Shown: one piece after another, positions 43,442 to 51,313 of the stretch
Position numbering within the stretch: the first letter of the stretch is position 1
Layout of the letters: the number at the start of each line of letters is the position of its first letter
Assembly (NCBI GenBank): GCA_963815195.1
Contig: CAWFGE010000013.1
Location: 1,056,001 to 1,120,000, forward strand
Length of the DNA stretch: 64,000 bases
From: an uncultured Planctomycetaceae bacterium
Lineage (GTDB): Bacteria; Planctomycetota; Planctomycetia; Planctomycetales; Planctomycetaceae
Direction of reading: 5' to 3'
The notes under the pieces: generated by a model
Told to the model about the DNA's origin: nothing
Database searches by the model: none
What the model saw: the letters and a program-made list of their open reading frames with translations, nothing else
Translations under genes and position numbers: made by a program

Positions 43442-44362
43442 ATGATACTATCGCACCGGCCCCAAAAGGGCAATCTGAGCGGACGTGATGCGCGCCGGGA
43501 AAAACTGCGACAGAAGGAACTGGATTTTCCGACGAAGCGCGGCGAACGCTTAAAACTCCTGCGCCAGTGCCGTGTGGGAGACGCCTTAGAAAAACTACTC
43601 CTGCGAACCCTCGATGACCGGATCGGGGACGGGAAAACGTGGCGAATGGGCATCGCCGAACTTGCGGGGGAAATGGAGGTATCGCCGGCAACCGTCTATC
43701 GAAAGCTGGCGTCTCTCGAAGCGAAGGAACTCTTGGTTGCTGAAGAGCGGGCGTCGGGGCTATATGAGTTCCAAGTCATTTTTTCAAATCTGCCCGAACT
43801 CATCCCGCCCCAGGGCCAACAGCAGCAAGCCGGCCGTCGGCGACGCGAAAAACCTTCTCACTGTGCAAAGGAAGTTTCGCAGAGTGAGAAAGATCTTTCT
43901 CACTGTGCGAAACGCACTACTTATAAGCGCCCCGATAGCGCCCAGAGCGCCCACCCCCCAAGCCCCCCAGAGGGGGGATCGGTTGCCGAGCCGCCGCCCC
44001 CAGGCGGGGAAGCGGTTGGCGAGCCGCCGCGCCGCACCTTCCGGGCCGAAGAGTTTCCGATACCTGTCGGACTCGACACGCCAGCGTTCCGCGACGCCTG
44101 GCGGGAGTGGTGCGAGTTTCGCCGCCACACGAAACGCAAGCCCATCAGCGAAGCGGCTGCCGGAAAGCAGATGGCCGGGCTCGACCGGGCTGGTTCCGCC
44201 GCGGCCGTCGAAGCCATCGAAGAAGCCATCGCGAACGACTGGCAAGGTTTGTTCCCCGACACGAAAAAAGGAAATTCCGATGATCGCATCGAACGAAAAG
44301 CCCGGCGTGCCGAGAGTGAATGGGAAGCCGCCTTCCAGGAAACCGCTAAAAGCGATCGGTGA
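43442..44362 (+). CDS. Phage-type replication initiator (HTH plus lambda-O-like C-terminus)
   Basis: IAELAGEMEVSPATVYR HTH; W.EW.EFR..KRKP..AIEEAIANDWQGLF; internal iterons. Confidence 0.75.
   Translation: MILSHRPQKGNLSGRDARREKLRQKELDFPTKRGERLKLLRQCRVGDALEKLLLRTLDDRIGDGKTWRMGIAELAGEMEVSPATVYRKLASLEAKELLVAEERASGLYEFQVIFSNLPELIPPQGQQQQAGRRRREKPSHCAKEVSQSEKDLSHCAKRTTYKRPDSAQSAHPPSPPEGGSVAEPPPPGGEAVGEPPRRTFRAEEFPIPVGLDTPAFRDAWREWCEFRRHTKRKPISEAAAGKQMAGLDRAGSAAAVEAIEEAIANDWQGLFPDTKKGNSDDRIERKARRAESEWEAAFQETAKSDR
43855..43912. repeat. Three quasi-palindromic iterons with 21-bp period (putative origin)
   Basis: TTCTCACTGTGCAAA at 43855, TTCGCAGAGTGAGAA at 43876, TTCTCACTGTGCGAA at 43897. Confidence 0.7.
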
Positions 44363-44915
44363 AGCCTTGAGGCCGCTTCAGGAATTGTGCCGCGATCCCA
44401 AATCGGCATCGGCCCTGCGGAGCTTTGCCGAGTTGCTGGTTGACCTTCCGCCGGTGGACATCGAGACGGCAGTGAAACGCTATCTCCGCGAAGCTGACGA
44501 ACTGTGGTTTCCCTCTCCGGGGAAGCTGCGCAAACTCGCGATGGAAGCCGCGGAAGGCGAACTCCCCGAATGGCAGCACGCCTGGCATCGGGTCATGGAC
44601 GCCTGCCGAATGTGGGACCAACACGATGCAAAAAAGGCGATCACCGCCCGCCAGCATATCGGCGAAACCCTGTATGAATTTGTGCGAATGCTTGGGGGAT
44701 TCGTCGCTCTGACCTCAGTAGATTCCGATACGCTTTCGGTTTTGCAGTCGAATTTCCGGAACGCATTCACGGCCGAACGAAAGCGGGCGGATCGCAATCG
44801 AGCGCTCCCGGATTCATTGCGGCCCGTCCCAGCGAAACTGCATGGACTCGGAAACCGGAATGACTCCGCCAAACTTATTTCCGCGCCCCAGCCAATCGGC
44901 GAAGTTCTGGAATGA
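44280..44915 (+). CDS. Replicative helicase loader/inhibitor-like protein (G39P-like)
   Basis: WFPSPGKLR, AW..V, V..LGGF..L, NFRNAF; follows the initiator. Confidence 0.65.
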   Translation: MIASNEKPGVPRVNGKPPSRKPLKAIGEALRPLQELCRDPKSASALRSFAELLVDLPPVDIETAVKRYLREADELWFPSPGKLRKLAMEAAEGELPEWQHAWHRVMDACRMWDQHDAKKAITARQHIGETLYEFVRMLGGFVALTSVDSDTLSVLQSNFRNAFTAERKRADRNRALPDSLRPVPAKLHGLGNRNDSAKLISAPQPIGEVLE

Positions 44916-45103
44916 GCAAAAAACGCGAATATGAAACCTGGACCATCAAATTCCGAGCGGAGCATTCCCGCGACGATAACCGACCCATTGCAGTCCGCGT
45001 GCGGCGGCTGCTCAAACATGCCTTGCGGGTTTGCGGGTTGCGATGCGTGGAAATTGCGACCGCGACTGAGCAAGCCGACCCCGAATGCGAAGTGAAACCC
45101 TGA
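44912..45103 (+). CDS. Small hypothetical protein
   Basis: ATGA overlap; RVRRLLKHALRVCGLRCVEI. Confidence 0.55.
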   Translation: MSKKREYETWTIKFRAEHSRDDNRPIAVRVRRLLKHALRVCGLRCVEIATATEQADPECEVKP

Positions 45104-45139
45104 CCGGCCCTGGTGGGCCAAAAACGAAAGGAAACCCCG

Positions 45140-45943
45140 ATGACCCAACCGACCCCGACGACAACCGAGGAACCCGCCGGCCGCGCCGCGTGCGATGCGT
45201 GGCTTGCCGAGTTTCGTGAGATCCACGATAGCATTCTCAATGTGATTTCCCGCATCCATCGGCTTTCCGCGTGGACCCCCAGCGACGCCCCGGCCGCGGA
45301 GCAGCTCAGGGCGGCTTGTTCCGCCTTTCACCATGCAATGGCCGGTAGCGATGACATCCAGTTCCGCGCCCGCCGGCTTCGGGATCTGGCACATGAGCTT
45401 GGCGGCGCGGGCGTCGAGATGTTCGCGGCGCGGCTCTCGGATTTGCGGGGCCGGATTTCGATGCTGGCTCGCGAGATCCCGGACCTGCCGGCAGATTTCG
45501 GCATTCTCCCCGCGCGATGGTTCGGTGATCTCGCCCGGATCGATCACAGCGTTTCGGCGGACGGCATTCGGCACGTGCTCGCCGTCGGGAGCGTTGAGCA
45601 TTTCGCCCCGGACCATTGGGTTCGGAGGATTCTTGATGCCGATGACTTTTACCGGCTTGGCGACAGCCCCGCTTTGGTGTTGGGCGAGTTTGACGTGCAC
45701 GGCGTTCCGCGGCCATTCTACAGCGTGCCCAGCGTGCGGAATCTGACATACAGCTATCGATTGGGCCAACGCGAGCGCGAGCAACGGCAGCAACAGGATC
45801 TCGACCGCTGGCGGAGCGACGTGGAGATGCGGGACCGTGCGGCCCGCGGTCCGGTACACGATTTGGGCGCGCAACTATCCCACACACAGGCCGAGCTAGC
45901 CGCGTTGCGGGCTGAGATTAAGGGCTTAAAAAATGAATCGTGA
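45140..45943 (+). CDS. Hypothetical protein
   Basis: AAGGA RBS; part of the operon; coiled-coil C-terminus. Confidence 0.6.
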   Translation: MTQPTPTTTEEPAGRAACDAWLAEFREIHDSILNVISRIHRLSAWTPSDAPAAEQLRAACSAFHHAMAGSDDIQFRARRLRDLAHELGGAGVEMFAARLSDLRGRISMLAREIPDLPADFGILPARWFGDLARIDHSVSADGIRHVLAVGSVEHFAPDHWVRRILDADDFYRLGDSPALVLGEFDVHGVPRPFYSVPSVRNLTYSYRLGQREREQRQQQDLDRWRSDVEMRDRAARGPVHDLGAQLSHTQAELAALRAEIKGLKNES

Positions 45944-46151
45944 GCGACGCCTCGAGCGCCTGGAGCAATCCGCCCCCGCTCCCTCCACCGGAGATGGCCG
46001 CCGCATCATCACGATTCGCGGGATCTGCGACCACGGCAGACACTGGGCGCTGGTGTTCGGCGTTTCGTCTCTGGATGCCAATGGCCATGTGCTGTGGGCC
46101 GATGTGATTGGGGTTCCTTGTTCGTTTTGTGGGGAGACAGATGAGCCTTGA
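45933..46151 (+). CDS. Small hypothetical protein with two CxxC/H pairs
   Basis: MNRERRLERLE; CDH and CSFC; overlapping operon. Confidence 0.5.
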   Translation: MNRERRLERLEQSAPAPSTGDGRRIITIRGICDHGRHWALVFGVSSLDANGHVLWADVIGVPCSFCGETDEP

Positions 46152-46470
46152 TCGCCGACTTCAGAGACTGGAACACCGGGCCATCGCGGCCTTCCCCGCC
46201 CCAACCCCCGCGGAGTGGCGGGACTATCGCGGGGTTCACATGGTGATTTCGCACCATCTACGCCACCATGACGACATTGCGGAGCGGCTCCGCGTGGCCG
46301 TCGCTGCCGGCGCGGTGGATCCCGTGGTCGACGATGCGATCGCATCGTTTTTGCGGTGCATTGCCCAGAAAAGGGTTTGCGAAATGTGCCAGCGGGACAT
46401 CATTGGACTGTGGCTCGCCGAGACGGAGCAACACGTGCGAGGGGATCGGCCTAACCTGATTGAGTCCTGA
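46141..46470 (+). CDS. Small hypothetical protein
   Basis: GGGGAG RBS; MSLDRRLQRLE. Confidence 0.55.
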   Translation: MSLDRRLQRLEHRAIAAFPAPTPAEWRDYRGVHMVISHHLRHHDDIAERLRVAVAAGAVDPVVDDAIASFLRCIAQKRVCEMCQRDIIGLWLAETEQHVRGDRPNLIES

Positions 46471-46471
46471 A

Positions 46472-46867
46472 ATGACCGAAAATGGCAACGAAAAACGCGG
46501 GAATCAAGAATCCCAGGATGAGCAAATGCTCTTGGCGCTCGCCAGCGGTGCGAGCGTCAAACAGGCCGCGGACGCGTGCAATCTATCCGAGCGGACCATT
46601 CGCCGGCGGCTGGATGATGCGAGCTTCGTTGCCCGGCTGCGGGCGATGCGGTCCGATGTGCTTGACGGCGTTTTGGGCCGGCTGACGTTCGCGGCGGCTT
46701 CGGCGGTCGAGGTGCTCAAAACGTTGATGGCGGATGCCGAGAGCGAAACGGTGAAATTGGGAGCGGCCCGGGCCGTCCTTGAGCATGCTGGCAAACTTCG
46801 GGCGGACATCGAATTTGAGAGCCGGCTCGCCGAATTGGAGCGCCGGCTTTCCGGGCCAGAGCGTTAA
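46472..46867 (+). CDS. HTH protein resembling a small terminase subunit
   Basis: ALASGASVKQAADACNLSERTIRRRL..F, A..VL..LM..E..VKLGAARAVL. Confidence 0.55.
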   Translation: MTENGNEKRGNQESQDEQMLLALASGASVKQAADACNLSERTIRRRLDDASFVARLRAMRSDVLDGVLGRLTFAAASAVEVLKTLMADAESETVKLGAARAVLEHAGKLRADIEFESRLAELERRLSGPER

Positions 46868-47113
46868 CAATAAAAAACCGCCGGCGGCAACCGGCGGCTC
46901 GGAAAGGTTGGGAGAATGGATAACACGAATCATCAGGCCGGGCAAGCCGATGGCGAAAATCAATCGCCGTGCTTCCGAGGGAATTCCCAGGCTGACGATC
47001 GGCTACCCAGACGACTCGGAGGCCGTCTTTCCGTCTGCGTCGATTCTGGGGCATCCTGGGGCGTCTCAGGGCCAATGGCGATTTTCGCCGTTTATTCGCC
47101 GATTTTCGGCGGT

Positions 47114-47395
47114 TCATTCCTTCGGCTTGGCTTCCTTCGACTTCGGCTTCCGGCGAGGCTCGCGGACATCAGCGGGGAGCTTCGGGATTTTCGCCTTGGT
47201 CAATCGCATGCCGAAGAACTGGCACAGATTGTTGATCGTATCCATTGCCATCGAATCCCTGTCACCGGAATACCATCGCTGCAGGGATGGTCGCGAGATT
47301 CCCGCTTTCTCGGCAATTCGCAGGATCGACCAGCCTTTGGCGACGGCTTCGGTCATCGCATCATAAAGCTGTTCGGAAACGGTCTTTTCGGTCAT
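47114..47395 (-). CDS. XRE/Cro-CI family HTH repressor
   Basis: SILRIAEKAGISRPSLQRWYSG..TINNLCQFF; AGGAG RBS. Confidence 0.85.
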   Translation of the reverse strand: MTEKTVSEQLYDAMTEAVAKGWSILRIAEKAGISRPSLQRWYSGDRDSMAMDTINNLCQFFGMRLTKAKIPKLPADVREPRRKPKSKEAKPKE

Positions 47396-47418
47396 GGGGG
47401 TAAATCTCCTAAAGCCTA

Positions 47419-47505
47419 TTTGTATCGTCTGGCACAAGTATTTTCAAGAAATAGCCGGAATCGCGGCGGTTAAATGTTGAGGAGTAATGTGCCAAGCGGT
47501 ACAAT
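47419..47505. promoter_or_regulatory. Divergent sigma70-like promoters overlapped by inverted operators
   Basis: Plus strand TTGAGG-17-TACAAT; minus strand TTGAAA-17-TACAAA; 14/17 inverted repeat at 47420-47436 and 47488-47504. Confidence 0.6.
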
Positions 47506-47633
47506 CACGCCATCGGGACAACACAATCAACCCCCCAACCCAGCCGAGTTGCTCTGAGCGCACAAAAAGGGCCGGCGGGTCTCACACACCCGGCCGGCCT
47601 GATTCATCCCATCCCTGACGAAAGGTTTGAAAG

Positions 47634-47930
47634 ATGATGACCGAATCTTATCCGCGCGGCCTTGCCGGGGCAACGCTTCCTGCCCCGCAAATCGAACGCC
47701 TGTGGTGGACTAGCCGCACGATCGAATCCGCTCTTCGGGTTCTGACCATCGATCTCCAAACGGACTCCGAGGAACAACTCGCGGCATCCGCTTTGACCAC
47801 GATCGTCGGCCGCATGACCGCGCAAGAGCGGTCCGCCATCCGCCAGTTGGCCGCGGATTGGCTTTGCTTCTGGAGAATTCGCAACGAGCGCCAACGCCGC
47901 TTGTGGCGGCTGGTACGCGAGCTTACCTGA
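47634..47930 (+). CDS. Hypothetical protein
   Basis: First ORF of the rightward operon. Confidence 0.5.
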   Translation: MMTESYPRGLAGATLPAPQIERLWWTSRTIESALRVLTIDLQTDSEEQLAASALTTIVGRMTAQERSAIRQLAADWLCFWRIRNERQRRLWRLVRELT

Positions 47931-47991
47931 CCCCTCACCCTCTCGGCCCGGCCCGCCAGATGGGGCCGGGCATTTTCCCGGAGAACCAACT

Positions 47992-48989
47992 ATGCAACCC
48001 GAAGAATGGACCGTCAGACGGCTTTTTGAGGAACACTATTGCCCGCGCCGCAAGAGCGCAACACAAAGGACTCGGCAAAAAATGGGGCACGAGCTTAACC
48101 GGTGGGAGCGATTCATCGGCGCGGACATGCTGGCCACCGAGGTTATGCGCGAGACCTTCGACCGCTTTCGCGAACTGGCGGCCGTCGATGGCCTCTCCCC
48201 CAACACCATCGAAACGACGATTGGCAGCATTTTGACGATACTGCGGTTTGCCGAGCTTTACGATCTCATCGACCGCGCACTGCGCAAAGGCGAACCGCTC
48301 CGCCGGACTCGGAAACGAAAGTATGTGCCATCGATAACCGACGTTGACCATCTTTATCGGCGGGCCAACCAAGCGAAATGGCCGCTGCCGAGTCCATCCG
48401 CTTTCTGGCGGGCGTGGCTGGTTTGCAGCTATTTCACAGGCCTACGGCTGAACGACATGATTGGTTTGCTGTGGAGCAGTTTTCGGGATGATTCGCTCAT
48501 CATCGAAGCCGAAAAAACCGGGAAAATGCATATCTTTCCCGTTTCGCCGATCTTGGAATCGCACCTCGAACCGCTGCGGGTTTTTGGTTCAGACCGGGTT
48601 TTCCCCATCCCCAGGAATTCCGGGAAGTACGTCCGCCGGGAGCTTGAGCGTTTATCCGATGGATTGCCCACCAAGATTGGCCCGCAGGCCCTTCGGCGGC
48701 TGGCGGGAACGCAGTGGCAAAGAGCCCGCTGGGCGCGGGCCAGTTGCTTTTGGGCCATACGCTGGGCGTGTCTGATTTTTATATCGCTCCCGAACTCTTA
48801 AACGACGCAATCGAGAATCTCGAAATCCCGTCCGCTTTCACAGAGCCGAAAAACCAAGCCGGAGATCCGCTTACCGAAGTTGAGCAGCGATTTTCCGGGC
48901 TGGAGGAGGGACATCAGCGGCTCGCCCTCGAAATGATTGAAGAGTTTGCCCAGCGCATCGGCAACGGGAAAGGGGGCGATTCATGCTGA
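47992..48989 (+). CDS. Tyrosine recombinase-like protein 1 (frameshift near 48730)
   Basis: YFTGLR, KTGK, QALRR; LLGH..FY in the second frame. Confidence 0.75.
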
Positions 48990-49873
48990 CCGTCAGAGAG
49001 ATCTTCACCGACCATTTTTGCCCGTCTCGCGACATCGCGGAATCGACACGCGACAAAATGGGCTACCAGATCCGGCGATTCGAAAAGCACATTGGCCCGA
49101 TGCCGGCGGTTGAGATTGGGGCCGAGACCTTCCATCAGTTCCGGCAAGTTTGCATGTTTCTGGGGCTATCGAAAGTCACCATCGAAATGACGATTGATAG
49201 CGTGCTGAACGTGCTTCGGTGTGCGGAATCGCAGGGCATTGTCCCCAAAGCCCCGGAGAAAGGCGAACCCCTCGACCGGATCGAAAAGCAGGACGGTGAA
49301 TTCAATGCCGAACTCGAAAACTTCCGGGCGCGCGAGGATTTGCCCATCACCGTGCAGGACTTGGAGCGGATTCTCGGGGCGGCTCGCACAATGCCCGAGG
49401 CCCTGGACGGCATCCCCGGCGGCTTGTGGTGGCCTGCGCTGGTGCTTTGCATTCTTGACACCGGGCGGAATGGAATCGACCTCTTGGAATTGCCGGTCGA
49501 GGCTTACGACCGGGATTCGGGAGCGCTCCGCATCGGCCGCAAGAAATTCAGACTGCACGCCCACACCGCGAACGCCCTCGATGCCGTCCGGACCTACGAC
49601 CGGGAACGGCTGTTTCCCTGGCCGAAGGACGGGCGCGAGCGGCCCTATTGCATGTTCTATCACGATTATCAGGATCTCTTGCACCGGGCCGGCCTGCCCC
49701 CGATGCAGAAGCGGCCATTGGCGAGGCTGCGAAAACTCGGCGAACGCTATCCGCAAATCCTGGACGCCATCGACTCGCACCGGCCCTTCCAGCCGATCCA
49801 AGGAAAGCCGGACCGCGGCCGGAAGCGAAAGCCGAAGCGCCGAAAGCCGCGCGCCGCCACGGCGTTTATGTGA
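48983..49873 (+). CDS. Degenerate tyrosine recombinase-like protein 2
   Basis: N-terminus paralogous to protein 1; DTGRN in place of TGLR; no clear LGH/Y. Confidence 0.65.
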   Translation: MLTVREIFTDHFCPSRDIAESTRDKMGYQIRRFEKHIGPMPAVEIGAETFHQFRQVCMFLGLSKVTIEMTIDSVLNVLRCAESQGIVPKAPEKGEPLDRIEKQDGEFNAELENFRAREDLPITVQDLERILGAARTMPEALDGIPGGLWWPALVLCILDTGRNGIDLLELPVEAYDRDSGALRIGRKKFRLHAHTANALDAVRTYDRERLFPWPKDGRERPYCMFYHDYQDLLHRAGLPPMQKRPLARLRKLGERYPQILDAIDSHRPFQPIQGKPDRGRKRKPKRRKPRAATAFM

Positions 49874-50784
49874 TCGGCGACGATTCGCCCAACACCTTGC
49901 GGAACTACTTCACTTCGACTTATCGGCCGCTAAAGCTGATTGGCTGCTCGCACCGGACCGTTAATTCCTATATCACGGTCATCAATGGCTTTTCGACGTT
50001 CCTGGCGTGCGAAGCGAACCTGCATCACCTGACGGATGATTTCTTAGGCCGCTATTCAGCGTGGATGTCTGAAAAGGAGTATGAGCCGACCACGATCAAC
50101 GGCCATCTGCGGCATCTTCTTGCCCTGTGGCGGCACGCGTGGAAGAAACGCCGCGTGGAGGAGCGCCCCCGCGATGTCGATTTCCTGCCGACCTACAAGC
50201 GCAATCCCACTGCCTGGACGGTCGAGGAAATGGGCCGAATCCTCACATCGGCTCGCCAAGCGGAAGGCGACTTCAAAGGCATACCGGCAAACCTGTTTTG
50301 GCCGGCTCTCATTTTGACGATGTATGACACCGGCCTGCGATTGGGGGCGATGATGCAACTCAAAGCCACAGATCTGAACCTGGAAACCGGCATTCTGATT
50401 GCCCGGGCCGAGACGCAAAAGCAGAAGGCCGATCAGGTGTTTCGGCTTCGGCGGCAAACCGTGGAATCGCTTGAGGCCATCGACCCGCCGGCCCGGGAAT
50501 TCCTCTTCGGCTATCCAGAATATGAAACCAACAAGCGGAGGATTTACCGGACGCTCAATGAGATTCTGGAGCGGGCCGGATTGCCCGCAACCGACCGCGA
50601 CAAGTTCCACAAGATTCGGCGAACCAGCGCGACCCTTTTGGCCGATGCGATGGGCGAGGAAGCGGCGAAAGAACACTTAGGGCATAGCAGCATCAACATC
50701 ACGCGAGGGTATTTGGATCTCACGAAGATTCGCCCCCGCGTGAACTCGGCCGAGGCGATCCCCAACCCGGAGAACCGACCATGA
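49870..50784 (+). CDS. Tyrosine recombinase 3 (XerC-like, full catalytic set)
   Basis: YDTGLR, KQK, FHKIRR, HLGHS, RGYLD; GTGA overlap. Confidence 0.85.
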   Translation: MIGDDSPNTLRNYFTSTYRPLKLIGCSHRTVNSYITVINGFSTFLACEANLHHLTDDFLGRYSAWMSEKEYEPTTINGHLRHLLALWRHAWKKRRVEERPRDVDFLPTYKRNPTAWTVEEMGRILTSARQAEGDFKGIPANLFWPALILTMYDTGLRLGAMMQLKATDLNLETGILIARAETQKQKADQVFRLRRQTVESLEAIDPPAREFLFGYPEYETNKRRIYRTLNEILERAGLPATDRDKFHKIRRTSATLLADAMGEEAAKEHLGHSSINITRGYLDLTKIRPRVNSAEAIPNPENRP

Positions 50785-51032
50785 TTCCCAAAAAATTGAG
50801 ACGCGAGCTATTCGCCGAGTGGGACGGACGTTGCACCTATTGTTCACGATCGCTTCCGATGCGCAAGATCACGATCGATCACATCATCCCGGAGAGCCGG
50901 GACGGGCGGACCGCACTGGAAAACCTCGTGATCTGCTGCGCCCATTGCAACCAATCCAAGCGCGACCGAACGCCGGAAGAATGGGCCGCGGATATTCTCG
51001 CTGCGTGCGGGGCGGCCGTGCCGACGCATTGA
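50781..51032 (+). CDS. HNH endonuclease
   Basis: CTYC, DHIIP..G, NLVICCAHCN. Confidence 0.92.
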   Translation: MIPKKLRRELFAEWDGRCTYCSRSLPMRKITIDHIIPESRDGRTALENLVICCAHCNQSKRDRTPEEWAADILAACGAAVPTH

Positions 51033-51093
51033 ACCGAAAGCCCGTAGCGTGTGCTGCGGATGAATCCTTTTCCCTCAGATTGGAGAACCGACA

Positions 51094-51276
51094 ATGTTTG
51101 ACCGAATGTTCCAATTCATCCGCCGGGGCGTTCGTGACGCCATTCTCGGCGGCATCGACGATGCCCAAGCCGAGATTGCGGGCCGGTTCGAAGCCCGCGA
51201 ACCCATCACCATCGAAGCCAAGCCCACCGACGGAAACGGCAAGCCAAAGGCCCGGCAAAAAGCCGGCAGCCGATAA
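51094..51276 (+). CDS. Small hypothetical protein
   Basis: GGAG RBS; 60 aa. Confidence 0.5.
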   Translation: MFDRMFQFIRRGVRDAILGGIDDAQAEIAGRFEAREPITIEAKPTDGNGKPKARQKAGSR

Positions 51277-51313
51277 CCGGACCCCGCAAACCCTCAATAG
51301 GAGCAACCCCGAC

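Noticed and set aside
50819..51313. N-terminal extension of the integrase
   Set aside because: Overlaps the HNH gene and a small ORF; a strong RBS supports the ATG at 51314
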